Origin: the human T2T-CHM13v2.0 reference genome, Homo sapiens
Assembly: GCF_009914755.1 (NCBI RefSeq)
Contig: NC_060937.1
DNA length: 64,000 nt
Direction: 5' to 3' (one strand)
Position 1 is the stretch's first letter, and every line of letters begins with the position of its first letter. Shown here in pieces: positions 13,347 to 27,060 of this stretch. Under the pieces are notes generated by a model, which saw nothing but the letters and a program-made list of their open reading frames with translations, was not told the DNA's origin and searched no databases. Position numbers and translations under genes: made by a program.

Positions 13347-13684
13347 CAGGGGTCACCAGCCCTCAGGCCGTGGACTGGTACTAGTCTCTGGCGGGTTAGG
13401 AATTGGGCCGCACAGCAGGAGGTGAGCAGCAGTCCAGCAAGTATCACCACCTGAGCTCCGCCTCCTGTCAGATCAGTGGAGGCATTAGATTCTCATAGGA
13501 GTGCAAGCAGACCCTACTGTGAATTGCACATAGTCTAGGTTTCATGCTCCTTATGAGAATCTAATGCCTTGTGATCTGAGGTGGAATAGTTTCATCCTGA
13601 AACCATCCCCACCCCCACACTGTCTGTGGGAAAATCACCTTCCACAAAACCGGTCCCTGGTGCCAAAAAGGTTGTGGACTGCTG
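13347..13684 (+). mobile_element. MER1B (hAT-Charlie non-autonomous DNA transposon)
   Basis: CAGGGGTCACCAGCCC...GGTGCCAAAAAGGTTGTGGACTGCTG, 338 bp. Perfect 8-bp TSD CTCTACAT at 13339-13346 and 13685-13692. Confidence 0.93.
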
Positions 13685-13846
13685 CTCTACATAATGGGAA
13701 ATATTGTTGCTAATGACTGGAATTTTACCTCTTTCATGATCAACTACCATTCTTTTGGTCCTAACTTGAAAAATCCCCAGGAAGAGATTCATCAGCTCCA
13801 GTTTGGCCAGGTGCCTGCAGACAACCTATGGAATGGTCATATAATA

Positions 13847-13920
13847 TTATGTTGAACTATATGAAATTGCCATTACATATTCTATTGCTAAAAAGTGTCA
13901 ATTTCTTAATTTAATCATAA
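13847..13920. mobile_element. MADE2-like mariner MITE, degenerate
   Basis: TTATGTTGAACTATATGAAATTGCC left TIR and decayed right TIR GTCAATTTCTTAATTTAATCATAA, flanked by TA on both sides. Confidence 0.7.
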
Positions 13921-13929
13921 TAGCCAAAA

Positions 13930-14160
13930 TTAATAACAATAGTTGAATGTTTACTATGTGCCAAGCATTGTTTTAAGCGCTTTACATATGTTTACTCATA
14001 TGCATTTACAACAACCTTAAAAGTTAGGTGCTGTAGTCATCTTCATTTTATATTGGCGAAAACTAAGGTGCAGAGCGTGTAGCTAACTTGTCCATCATCA
14101 TATAGTAGTAAGTGTTAGAGCCAGAATTCTAACCCAGGCAGTCTGGTTTCAGAGTCTACT
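13930..14160 (-). mobile_element. MIR, near full length; donor of the 11336-11453 insert
   Basis: TTTACTATGTGCCAAGCATTG...AAAACTAAGGTGCAGAG...GAGCCAGAATTCTAACCCAGGCAGTCTGG. Confidence 0.85.
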
Positions 14161-15768
14161 ACATTACAAGATAGTATCTGAAGGAATTGTATAGAATTGG
14201 GGGAGAATATTCACTCATAGGCATGACATTTACTTTGGTGGGGACTCTTTGCTGATTTTATTCTGTGGATTGTTGCATTGCCAAGGGTGTATAGGTCCTT
14301 AGAGTTGGTCATGGTGTTAATTTAATATACTCTAAGAATTATGACAAGATGGGGCTGCAGAGCTGAAGCCTTTCTTTCAATAAACGTCCAAGGTGCCATG
14401 GCCAGAGGACTATGGTGAAAGCTGATCTGGACATTAAAGTTCAGGGTTTATTAGTTAGATAAGGCAAGATTTTTATGGGCCAAGTGCTGTTTAACTTCTC
14501 TGTTGATGTAGTGGCTCTCTCAGTGTGGGGTCTGTAATTGAGTCTTTTATGGTGAACAATGTGGGGATTCTCAGTATAAACTTACCACTATAATGATCTT
14601 TTCTTGCACTGGATTGTATTAGATGTAGATGCTCTGCAATAAGGTGCTACTTTTTCTAAGACTAACAATGAAAAACACATAATAGAGGTTCTTATGTTCC
14701 AGACTCTGTCCTAAAATCTTTATATCTGTTAAATAATTTTATCTTTACAGGAACACATGAAAATATTAGGAAAGATACTTGGTAAAATGCACATCTATAG
14801 CAAGCATAGAGTAGGGGAGAATAAGGTATCCCAGACAATCTTGGTCTACAGTTCAAGCTCCTATCTGTTCTATGATAATAGTACAATAATTATAATAATA
14901 AACACTATTCAAACATTTAGAAACATAATCTCATGCATTAGAGAAATGAAGATTATTCCTTTCCACTAAACTAGTGTTAAAGGTAAAAGACGAAAGCAAA
15001 GGAAGGAGGAATTTGAAAGAAGAAGAAAAAAACAAACATCCTGCAAGTGAGTTGTCAGATAAGCAATGAGATGATTTTTCCAAAGGCATAAAAACGAGTG
15101 TCACAGCTGTGTTTTAAGTTGGCATTCTCACTGGAGTTTGGTCATATGTCTATATAAGAACAATGTCAAATAAAAGCTATAGAGTCACTCATTTTTACAA
15201 GGTGACTACTATGTGTAAGCACTTCTGCTGAATCTATGATTTACACATTTCTCCATCACAGATAAATACAGAGCAGCTCTCGATGTAGCCAAGAACCGTC
15301 TCCTAACATGGCTCCCTGCCAAAACACACTCAGCTTCCATACTCTGTCTGCTGTCCACATTGCTGCCTGCCCAGAGAGAAAAGGAGCTCTTTGTGGTCTT
15401 TCGGTTCTTCTAGTGGAAAATTTCTATAGACTAAGCAGAGAGATAGCACAAAGCAGACCATTTGCAAGTGGACACCGTCCCCTGCCAAAGGCCATGGGGA
15501 CTGTAAAAAGAAACAGACTCCTACGGTGTGAATCTGCCAGTTTCATACTATAAATGGAAATTGTTTTTAAAATCTAAAGGGATTGTAATGACTAAACATC
15601 AATACTGCTTGTCTTTACCCTTGATGAAAAAAATGGTTAAAGGACATGCTTTCACACCAGCCAAGGAATGATGAAAAAAAGCTCTAGGCAGTATCAAAGG
15701 ACACAACACAAATGAACACCACAATCTAATTGCTGGGAACGGAAAATCCATCTAAATGTTTGTAAGAA

Positions 15769-15800
15769 TGTGTGTGTGTGCGTGTGTGTGTGTGTGTGTG
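15769..15800. repeat. (TG)n microsatellite with one CG interruption
   Basis: Direct observation. Confidence 0.95.
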
Positions 15801-16450
15801 TATGTCTGTTTTAACATAATTAAGGAAGAATTCATTTGTAACATGAAAGACAGAATTTTTCCCTTATTCAATGTGAATGATTGTGGCTGTGTCTATCCGC
15901 TTAACAGATCACCTAAAAATGGTTGCTATCATATTTTTTTAGCTGGGTTCAGGGAAACTTTGTATTGTAGTATTCTGAATCTGTTCCAATTTAGAGTTGA
16001 AAGATCCAAAATTACCCCAATGTGATTGATTCAGTGACTGCTTATAAACACGGCATGCAACTCCACTTGTCTTTTTAGGCAGAAGAGGCCTTCAAGTGAT
16101 CCTGGGGTTTACAAAGGAGCTAGCAATATACCTGTTTTGTGGTGTTTTTACTGCTCTCACTTGAAACTATATAATTTGAGATGAATATTACTTTTTTTGC
16201 CTAAAACTTTCAGTTGTATGGAAGTTACAATCAATTTCGTTAATGAAATACAACATACATAAAACATAACATAGCTTTAGGACATAACATTTGAATGTAA
16301 TTTTGTAGCTTATTACAATTGGTAGGATGAATATAGTGTTAATCTTATTTTAGGTAATTTACTAAGATAACTCGAATGCAGATTGGCTCCTCAGATTTTC
16401 TTCCATGTCTACATATTATTAAAAACACAAATAAACTCTATGCATTCTTC

Positions 16451-16815
16451 TGTCAGTCAGGTTGGAATAAGTTATGCTGTGATAACAAGCAATCCTGGAA
16501 TCTTACTGACTTTCAGCCACAAAGATTTATTTATTATTCATATGACTTGCCCATCGTGAGTTGACCAGAGACCCTCATTCATGTGCCCTTACTCCAGGAT
16601 GCAGGCTGATGGAGCAGACCTCATCTTGAAGGTTCTTGTTTGCCCACACAGGTGGAAAGAGACCATAGTGAATTTTGCTCTAGTTCATAAAGCTTCCACC
16701 TGGAGGTGACATACATCACTCCTACAGGAAGTTACATGGGGAGAAAGCAAGCTCAATCGTACCATGTATTCTGATGGAGAAGCAGAAACATTTGGTGAGC
16801 ATCACTAATTAATAC
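16451..16815 (-). mobile_element. MLT1 (J/K-like) MaLR LTR relic
   Basis: TGTCAGTCAGG...GTTATGCTGTGATAACAAGCAATCC...CAGGCTGATGGAGCAG...AAAGCTTCCACCTGGAGGTGACATACATCAC. Confidence 0.6.
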
Positions 16816-18339
16816 CCTTCAGTCCCCCTAAGTAGTAAAAACTGGTAAAGCAAATCCAGTATATAAAGCACCATGGCACAGTGTAAAGCTGTCCAGTGGG
16901 CAAAGGGAACATCAGAAACATTTTCTCAGTTTGCATCAAACCTTCTTATGAGTTAGTTATACTTCCTTCAGTTGGTCCCTGCTCATTCTCTTGGTAACCC
17001 ACTTTAATCCTGTTATTTTTCTTTCACTCTTCTGGAGCCACAAAGACCCTCTTATTTTCCTCCATGAACATGTTGGGCACAGTTCTGCCTTAGGACTCTT
17101 CCCTACCTACCCTATACCTGACATATCTACTGATTTACATGAAGCCTGAGGATCCATCTGGAAACAACCACACTCCACTGTTGAACTGTGATGTTTGGAC
17201 ATATGAAATCTTGGCTGCTAGATGGAGGTGAACCTGGAGGAAGTGCAAGTGTAGGGAGAAAAGAAATGGAGGAAGCCCCAAGAATAAAGTGAAGAAGGCA
17301 TGAAATGAAGTGAGCTAGACTGAACAACAAAGCTGGAGAGCTGGAGAGGACGGATGGCTTGGTATCGCAATGCAACTGATTGTAAAGTTCATTCCAATCC
17401 AGCCACCATGATTTACGCGTGCATCGTGAGAGAAAGAGATGTGTGTGTGTGTGTTTATGTTAATAAAAGGCTTTAACATGTGGTGACAGAAGTGACTGAT
17501 GTTATGAAAGTTTTGCAATGGCACAGAGGTAATGATGTTCCAGTTCACTAGCATTGAATCTCATTCGCACCTAGGTTGACAGTACTGGAAATGAGAGAGG
17601 AGTTTGTCCTTGGAGTACCACCTCCATGAGCTCTCAAAGCTGAGATTGCAGAGCCTGGCTTATCTGGCAATGGAGGGGAAGGAACAAGGGATATCACTAA
17701 TCACTGTGACATTTTGGAAAAAGGTGTCATGGCTAATGGAGAGTAAATGAGACATAGACCCCTGAGGTGGAGTTGTGGCACTGCCTTTGGGCACAGCAGA
17801 GTTGCAGCTCCTCTGGTAGCAGTAGCCATTAGGATTCAACATGGTTGCTGCTTCCTCAAGCACTTGGGAGTTTTTTTTTTTTTTTTTTTTTTTTGTCATC
17901 CTTCCCAAGGCCCCAGCTTCTTGTGATCAGCCCATCAGAACACAGGGGCCATACCCTTGCCTCAGAGACTCTTATCTTTTTGGTGAGTTTTTGCCATTTA
18001 TGGAACCACAGCTACTCTCTTGCCCTCCCCATGCCCTGGTCATAGGAAAGCGAACTCCCTTTTCCTTTGGAACTGTTCCCTGAGTAACACTTTGTACTTG
18101 AAACATAAGCTTTACTTTCATTTAGTATAACCTTTTAGTACCTATCAGGAGAATCCTCAACGACCTAAATAATTCTATTTTGCTCATTTGCCATTGGGCA
18201 CTTTGGGTACTAAAGATGGAAAGTACCCCTCAATGGAGCCAGTATTATTACAGACAATTTGATAAGGGGTGATATTTATAGAGAGTGGCAGCTGCCAAAA
18301 GATTACAAAAAATGGGAGTCAGACCTTAGGAATAATGTG

Positions 18340-18570
18340 AATAAAGACCATGGTTAGGAGGGAGGCCCACCTAACATTCAATTCTTGTTTTACTACTTAG
18401 TGGAGAGAAATTGGATCTATGTACTCTTGGTGAGCCCCAGTTTCTTTCACTGTAAAATGGGGATAATAATACCCATTGCACAGCACAGGACTGTCATTAG
18501 GAATTGAATGAAATTGCATGTGCAAAACTCATAGTGCATACGCATAGAGTAAGTGCTCAAGAAATATTAT
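18340..18570 (+). mobile_element. MIR
   Basis: CCCCAGTTTCTTTCACTGTAAAATGGGGATAATAATACC core and TAAGTGCTCAAGAAAT 3' end. Confidence 0.75.
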
Positions 18571-19581
18571 TTCTCTTCACTTAGTGAGGTGTATCTTTTT
18601 ATGAAATTTGGATGCATAGCTCCAAGGCCAAACCATAGGGGTGTTTCCAGTTGGGATCATTTAGAGGCCTAAGAAAAATTGTCCTGATTCTCACTTATCT
18701 TTTATCACATTTCCTGAAATGCCAAAACTAAAAATATATTATTTTGGCTTAGGTTACTTACTTTCCAAGTGTCCTCATTAAATATATAGCTGTTATCAAG
18801 AAGGATAAAACATGAAGCTGTTATAAGTAATTGCCCCTGTAATGTGGATTTGTTTGTCAGAGGCAGGTTGATTGAGTAAAAGGCAGGGGTCATTGTTTTG
18901 TTCGTTTGTTTTGAGTGAAATGGAGAGGAGAAAATAAGTGTCTGTTGTAGTACAACTCCCAAAAAAGGTCAGACCTGAGTGAGGTGCTAAATGTGGCAGT
19001 GTTTGGACTTTTCTTTTCTGGAGAGGGAACGTAACAGAGGAAGAAAGTGATAAAGGGGGAATACCAGAGGGATTTGCACTCACATTTCCCCACTGCTCGT
19101 AGGTATCTAAGGATGGCCCTGCTGGCTTGATTCATTCGAGGTCATCTGTTTGGGGAATGCTGGAGGGTGTTGAAAGATAACTTTAATTGTATTACAGTTG
19201 GACACAAACCCTTACTTTCATTCAAGAATAATACTTCTGCTGTAGGAATACCAAATTTGAAGGTGTCATCCATATTGGATTTGGAGCCAGATTTCTGAAA
19301 GCCTATTTATTTCTTGGGGGAGAAAGAAACCATGCCAGACTCAGGGAGGGGTTTTCCTGTCTATGAGCATGGAAGCTGAGTGAACAGAGGATCAGAACCA
19401 ACTTGGCTGGGTCCTGGGCCCTGCAGCACCAGGAATTAGGTAATACCAAAAGTATCTATGAGGGGAGCTATGCATGGGGGAACAGGGAGGTTGCTTACAT
19501 CCTGACAAGGAACAAAGTTAAATTCAGACATTAGACTTCCATTTCAGATAGGGAAGAGAAGACGGAGCTAAAGTTCTAGGA

Positions 19582-19813
19582 CAAGCTTGTCATACCCGCA
19601 GCCTGTGGGCAGCGTGTAGCTCAGCATGGCTTTGAATGCAGCTCAACACAAATTCGTAAGCTTTCTTAAAATACTATAATATTTTTTTGCAATTTTTAAT
19701 TTTTTTTTTTAGCTCATCAGCTATCGTTAGTGTTAGTGTATTTTATGTGTGGCCCAGGACAATTCTTCTTCATCCAACGTGGCCCAGGGAAGCCAAAAGA
19801 TTGGACACTCTTG
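19582..19813. mobile_element. MER30 (hAT-Charlie MITE)
   Basis: CAAGCTTGTC...AGCTCATCAGCTATCGTTAGTGTTAGTGTATTTTATGTGTGGCCC...GGGAAGCCAAAAGATTGGACACTCTTG. Perfect 8-bp TSD TTCTAGGA at 19574-19581 and 19814-19821. Confidence 0.92.
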
Positions 19814-20099
19814 TTCTAGGACTAAGACCCATGTTTGATAGTAAGTAATACCTATATTATCAGAAGACAAAAAATTTCACCTGGAAAGACAATTTGGAAG
19901 GGTAACACAGAAGGCTACCATTGCATTAAGATTGTCTGCAAAGGAATGATCTTACTTTAACTAGTTAGAGGAGCAGTTTTTGGAAACTTGATCACTGGAG
20001 ATTGGCATATCGGCCATGACATATGTTGGAGAATAAGTGCTAAGACAAAGTCTTAAGGAGAGAAATTATTTTGTGGAGAGATGCTTAAAATAACAGAGA

Positions 20100-20290
20100 G
20101 GCAGTGTGAAGGAAAGCTAAGTGTGAAGGCTCTGGGTGAATGCCCCGAGGCTGTCAACTCCTCCCCAGCAATGTGGACATAAAATGATATCCATCTCATA
20201 GTTTTGTGATGAAGTGAAAATGAGGTAATTACTATGAAACGCTTAGGGCAGTGATTGGCGTGTAGTAAGCACTCAGTCCACTTTAAGTGT
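20100..20290 (+). mobile_element. MIR relic
   Basis: ...GAAACGCTTAGGGCAGTGATTGGCGTGTAGTAAGCACTCA 3' end. Confidence 0.55.
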
Positions 20291-21434
20291 TACTGTTTCT
20301 TTTAATGATTCTGAGCCACAGAGCTATTTCTCTACTTCCTCTAGAGGCTGAGATGTGGGTTTGTTCAGTGTCAGTATCCAGGCCCTCTAGAATCTGAGAA
20401 GAGTGCAATGGGAGCTTACAACCTCCTCTTTACCCTACTTATTTTCTTTTACTGGGTATTAAAATTTAAGTTGGCAGGTGATCAGCTCATTTGAATAGTA
20501 TTTTCCTCCATATGTTATTATAAAGGGGTATCTTCTTTTCTGCCCCTTCATGAAATTAGCATCGATTAGCATCATAACTCGAATAATTTATCCCATCAAG
20601 CACTTAAGAAGCACATGCATATTAGGTAGTATTAATATCCAGATATCCCCTTTTATCAGGGGATAAAAGGCTAAACAAAAGTTGAAATGCCCAAAAAGGA
20701 ATTTGCAATGTAGAAGTATCTAGTCTAGGAAATGATCATCACTAACTGTTGTCAAAACCTACTCCAGATATTTTAATAAATAGTCAAGATAGTTTATTTT
20801 CTTCCTAATATTATCATGGAGTAAATTTTGATACCAAAATTTCATAGCAGCCTATTGTTTCTGTCAAGAATAATAATGACATATATTTCAAATCACTTTT
20901 CTTCATGTTTGTCATTATGTATCATCACTATTAAAATCACAGTCTTGAATGGAAAAAGAAAAAATATGAATGGCAAATCATATAGAGAAATCAAATTGGT
21001 TCAGTACATAAAAATATTCCATCTTCAAATGCCTTGCAAGATAAATGAAATAGATTGACTAGTGCTATTTTAGGGGCTGTCCCCAGCTCAGCATTTGTGA
21101 TGAACTCTCTTGAAACAAGAGAGAACATTCAGTTTTCCATTCAAGTGCTCCTGGTACTTCTTAAAAAGATGACTTTCAGAGACTTCACAAAAAATAAATA
21201 GCAAAGAAATCTAAGTCAGGAGTATTATCATGATTAGGTAAATCTCACATCTTGAAGAGTTTAGAGTCTTGATTTTTTAAAATGTGTGAGCAAACTCTAG
21301 GTTATTAGTAAATATATCTTTAGGAGAAGTTTAGCAATTAGAACATTTAAATGAATATATTACATGCTAAGACACTCACTCAACCCAACATCTCCAGTCC
21401 CAGGTGGATACCCGGATCCACTAAATCCATGAAT

Positions 21435-21760
21435 AAATTAATACATGTTTATCAAACACTTGCTACATAACTAGTTCTGTGGCAGATGGTATGACGTTTA
21501 AACCATAAATCAGCTATAAATTATAATTCTTGGTATATAGGAGCTCCTTATCAAGTGGGAAAAGCAAACACAGGAGATTATATATAGTAAAGTCTTGAAT
21601 AGTGAAGTTTAAACTATAACAGCAATAGGATTTAAGAAATGGAGAGGTTGAACTACTCCAGGAAGACTTCTTGAAGGATGTCGTACTTGAGCTGAACCTT
21701 AAGAGAGGTGTTGGTTTTGAATGAAGGGCAGTGGTATTCTAGACCTGAGAGAGACAAAAA
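21435..21760 (-). mobile_element. L2 relic
   Basis: CATGTTTATCAAACACTTGCTAC...GGAAGACTTCTTGAAGGATG...TTGAGCTGAACCTTAA. Confidence 0.55.
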
Positions 21761-22084
21761 GGAGTTTGAATGTGGTATTAATGAAAGAGAATGAGAAGAG
21801 AGAACTGGCCAGAACAGGGGGACACAATAGGAAAGAACTGAATATAGAACCAGAATATGGGGTAGCCTAGAAGTAAAAATCAAAATGCAGTTAAAAACAT
21901 GCATGTTCCAAGATTGAATTTGTTCAGTCATGTGGTCATCTAACATAGATACTATTATTCTTATAGAACTTGAACTTGGGTACTGCCAAATGAAGATGAT
22001 GAACTTATGTTTTTTACCTTCTTACCGTGTAAGTAAGCCATGTGACTTATGTTTAAATCTCCTCACACCAACACATACACAGAT

Positions 22085-22258
22085 GATGTAATATGATGTC
22101 TGTTATTTACTTCAAAATAATCTGACAGTGAGAGAGGGAGGTAGGTGAGGATAGAAACAAAATTAGTCATGAACCAGTAACTGTTGCTGCACATGGAATT
22201 TGTTATACAATTCTGTCTACATATTTTTTATGTTTGAAATCTTTTATAATAAAAAACA
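22085..22258 (+). mobile_element. L1MC/ME 3'-end fragment
   Basis: ATGATGTCTGTTATTTACTTCAAAATAATCT...TATGTTTGAAATCTTTTATAATAAAAAA. Confidence 0.65.
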
Positions 22259-22375
22259 TTCTTCTATTTTATCTCTTTGATATATATCATCATAAAATTG
22301 GATCTCCCTTGCCACATTTTCTAAGTATTACAAGTATGTAAAACCAGGAAAACAATCTAATCTACAGGAAAGTAA

Positions 22376-22378
<3 letters not shown>

Positions 22379-22410
<32 letters not shown>
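22379..22410. repeat. (CA)16 microsatellite
   Basis: Direct observation. Confidence 0.95.
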
Positions 22411-22414
<4 letters not shown>

Positions 22415-22839
22415 TGAAGAATGAAAACATAGAAAAGCACCTAAACAACTATCTAATTACAATACTCTAATTTGTAATTCCTCTTAGTTTGAAAGAGAGT
22501 AGGTCCTAAGCCTGACTGACTCTTAATCTTATGGGTAGAATCTACTTTAATGTTTTGCATGGACGATGCATGAATATCTTGTAATCTGATTAGTTTGTTG
22601 AGCTAGTATTTGTGTAGGACACTTATTCTTTGTTGAATTGTGTGCCTTACCAAGTGTTGGAACCAATGTCCATGTCTTCATGTAGTCATTCATTTAATGG
22701 CTTTCTAGTTAACCATAGTTTTTTCTGAAATAATGATCAGTTATGTATCAACCATTAAACAATTGTTTATCATGCAGTGGAGCTGACATTGATTATCACA
22801 ATTGCCAAGAACAATTTGATAACTTGGAGAGCTTTTGGG

Positions 22840-23555
22840 AAAATAGATTTGGCTTGAATTAGAATCCTGGCTCTGCCTCTTGCAAATTATTTAACATGTT
22901 CAAGCTTCAATTTCATCAGTAAATGAACTCCAACTACTTACCTCAGAGTTGTTGAGAAGATTAAACTAGACTTGCCTTTGCCAAATTCTCTCCTCCCATT
23001 CTCTCTTGAACCCACTTCAGATTTTCACCTCTACCTCTCTACTGAAAAATCATGATGACCTCCATGTTGATAAATCTAAAATAACTTTCTCAGTTCTTCC
23101 TTTACCTGCCCTATCTTTTGTTTTCCTTCAGATAGATGCACGGCCATCACCTTCACTTAATTTAGGTCTTTACTCAAATTCATTTTCTCAGTGAGGCGCT
23201 TCATGCCTCTGTAATCTAAAATTTCAGCCCTTATGACATTTCATATTCATGTTTCCTGGTATACTTCTTAGCACTATTTCATATATTTTACTTATATTTC
23301 TTGTTTACTTTCTGTCTTATTCTCTCCCTGCCTACTTCCTCCTGTCTCCCATATAAGCTCCATGAATGCAGGGTTTATCTTTTTTTTCCACTGTTTACTA
23401 AGTATCTCTAAAATAGATACATAGTATCTAGAATATAGTAGGCACTCTGCTAGAACATAGTAGGCACTCTGAATATTTGTTGAATGAATGAATGGATGAG
23501 AAAATGTATTTGTGCCAGCAAAGTGCCTGTACATAACAGATGCTTAATCAAATTA
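22840..23555 (+). mobile_element. MIR pieces (about 22840-22970 and 23500-23555) flanking an L2 3' fragment (about 22975-23498)
   Basis: MIR core CTCTGCCTCTTGCAAATTATTTAAC. L2 end ATAAGCTCCATGAATGCAGGG...AATATTTGTTGAATGAATGAATG. Confidence 0.6.
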
Positions 23556-23759
23556 ACTTACTCTCTAAATTTTTTTCTTTTTACTGTACTTCAATGGATG
23601 CAAACAAATTAATTTACTCTTTCCCCTTTTATGCAGATCATTGAAATAATTATTTTAATGAATGTTGAAAATAATTTTGGAAAAGTTAGACCCCTAATCT
23701 AGCACCCCTACTATTTCATAATGTAGCATTATATTCCGTCATAGATATTATAATATTCT

Positions 23760-24540
<781 letters not shown>

Positions 24541-25434
24541 TAGCTAATGTATAGGTATAGTAACCCATGTTTCATCTACAATCATAAACTTGTGCCTTTG
24601 CTCTTTTACATATCTTAAAATACTCTTTTAATGGGGCCAGGACTCTTTGGAGTATATAATCACTACATGAGAAAACAATATTTTACTATTATAATTATCA
24701 CTTAAGACATGTAGAGATGATTTGGGGAGGTTAAATATTTAGATTGAAAATAATAATCATAATAATATTTTGCTATGTCTAGGGGGAAGAGCTCTTGCTT
24801 AGTTCTTCTGGAAACTTGTATTATAAGGGAGACAACTTGTTCAACACAACATTTTGCACACAGAGAAAGAATTTTGCTCATACTGCCTATAACAAGCCAA
24901 ATAAGACTTGTAAAAACAAGAGCATAATACTTTGGTAAATCACAATTAGGTACAATTTGGGAAATTACGAATTTGAAAATTAAAAGCCATGAATATTCAA
25001 AAAGAGAATTCCTTACAGTTTTATAGAAAAAGAAGAATGTTGACATTTTTATTTCATTTTCTAGAGAAAAATAATCTTGTATTTGTCAAAAGAGAAAATT
25101 GTGTTACTCATATAATGGCTTTGTGCAACTATCATACTAGACGCAGCCTATTAACCTCAAGAGAGCAATATTGAAGAAATATCATCTTCTGATTATTCGT
25201 CACAACAACATTGTAAGGCAAATACAGGAAAACCTATTCTAATTTTATTTTGTAAGTGAGCAAATGCATGCCTTTCGAAGGAGGCCTACATTTGTATTCT
25301 AGATGTGATACAATGGTTGTACATTCCAGGTGTGATGCAATGATCCAAGTCATCAGGCAACGCCTGTAATTTGATTTGTTCGTGTTAATCAGGAACTCTG
25401 ATAAGCTGTTTTACTATTACTGCAGGCTACTAGT

Positions 25435-25820
25435 TATTTTTTATAATCCATTTCTCCCTTTGTCCTGGGTTCAAAACTATACAGCCAGTGATTATTGCTG
25501 CTTCCTTGCAGCTACGTGCAACCTGCGACTACTTTTGAGTCAATGGGATGTGAACAGATCTTACTGCCCTGGTCTTTGGCTCTTTCCTCCTTCCTGTTTC
25601 CTGGAAAATGGACAATGCCTTTGTTTTGGCCAAGCAGGCAAAGAAAATATGACATGGTTAGAAGATAGGAAAAAACCTAGGTCACTGAATGACTTTATAC
25701 AAGTGAGCTGCCCTGCCAATTCATACTGGCCAGTCTGTTGTGTGAGAAAAAACTTCTGCCTTATTTCAGTCAATGTATTACTGGCTTCTTTGTTATATCT
25801 ATTCAGGTTATGTCATAATT
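25435..25820. mobile_element. Highly diverged LTR relic (MaLR/ERVL-type)
   Basis: TTCCTTGCAGCTA...CAATGGGATGTGAACAGA...TGTGAGAAAAAACTTCTGCCTTATTT motif order is typical of old MLT1/LTR33-class LTRs. Confidence 0.4.
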
Positions 25821-26179
25821 AATATGATTACTAAATATATTTAGTTGGGAGTGATTATTAGAAAGTCAAGACAACTGACAAAGTCAGACAACTAAGAGTA
25901 AGTTATTGAAGTCACTATTAAAAAATACACAAAATTATAAAATTCAAAAATCATGAATGGACTCTTTTGTGTGTAGTTTACGTGTTTGTATTTAATTCAT
26001 CTGTAACTTTTAAAACAAATATTTGATTAGTTTCTCTGCTTAGATTTTATTAATAAAAAATAGTTTTTTAAAAAAGAACAATTTTAACAGAATTTTCCTG
26101 GTCTCATAAGAAATATATTACAGGGCGCAGAGAAGATAATAAATAGGTAAATTTTTAAATGTTCAGTAAAATTTCTGAT

Positions 26180-26755
26180 TTTGGGAGACACACCTTGAGG
26201 TGACCCCTCTTGAGTCATGCTGTTATATAAACTCCTCCCCTTGAGTGGGAACAGATTCATGTTAAGCCATTGAATATGGCAAAGATGATGGAATGCCACT
26301 TTCATGATTATGTTACATTATATTAGACTCTGTCTCAGAAGACTGTATAGAGTTTCTCTTGTTGGCTTTGAAGAAGCAAATGATGTTGTAAGATGTCCAT
26401 GGAAAAGAGCATGTGACATGGAGCTTCAGAATGACTTCTAGGATTTAAGTGTGGTCACCAGCCAGCAGCTATTAAGAAGTGAGGCTCTCAGGCATACAGC
26501 TGAAAGAAAGTATTAATAAATTCTGCCAAGAACAAGGATGAATGTGAAAGTTAATTCTTCCCCAGTCAAGCATCCAAATGAGAACACATCCAGGCCAATG
26601 TCTTGACTGCAGTCTTGTTAGAATCTGAACTAAGCTAAGCCTGGGCTCCTGATCCACTGAAACTGTGAGACTGTGTGTTGAAAACTGAAAACTGTGTGTT
26701 GTTTTAAGCCACTAAGATTGTGGCAGAATTTTATGCAGCAGTAGAAAACTCATCC
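26180..26755 (+). mobile_element. MLT1E/F-like MaLR solo LTR
   Basis: CTCCCCTTGAGTG...GAATATGGCAAAGATGATGGAATG...GGCTTTGAAGAAGCAA...GTTTTAAGCCACTAAG...TATGCAGCAGTAGAAAACT. Confidence 0.8.
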
Positions 26756-27020
26756 TTTGGCAGCAATGCATTTTTAAACAGATGAAACAAAAACACATTG
26801 ACACCAATCCAAAATATTGCCTAACTCGATTTGGATCTCTATGGATGAAATTCTTACTCCCCTTAAGTTATTTTCCTAAAGCTTCAGGATATAAGACAAT
26901 AGAATCACTCACTAAAATAATTGGATTATACAGCAACAGTAATAACAAAACAGCTCATCTCATGTTACATCTCCATCTGGATAGCTACTTCTAATAGATG
27001 ATTTTTTTTTCTAATATGCT

Positions 27021-27060
27021 CTTTTTCTTTCTTTCTTTCTTTTTTTTTTTTTTTTTTTTT
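27021..27060. repeat. (CTTT)n/poly-T tract
   Basis: Direct observation. Confidence 0.9.

Noticed and set aside
23428-23471. 22-bp tandem duplication CTAGAA[T/C]ATAGTAGGCACTCTG x2
   Set aside because: Ordinary slippage duplication within an L2 3' end.
25376-25822. 148-aa plus-strand ORF
   Set aside because: Non-ATG start, overlaps a degenerate LTR-like relic, no recognisable domain.
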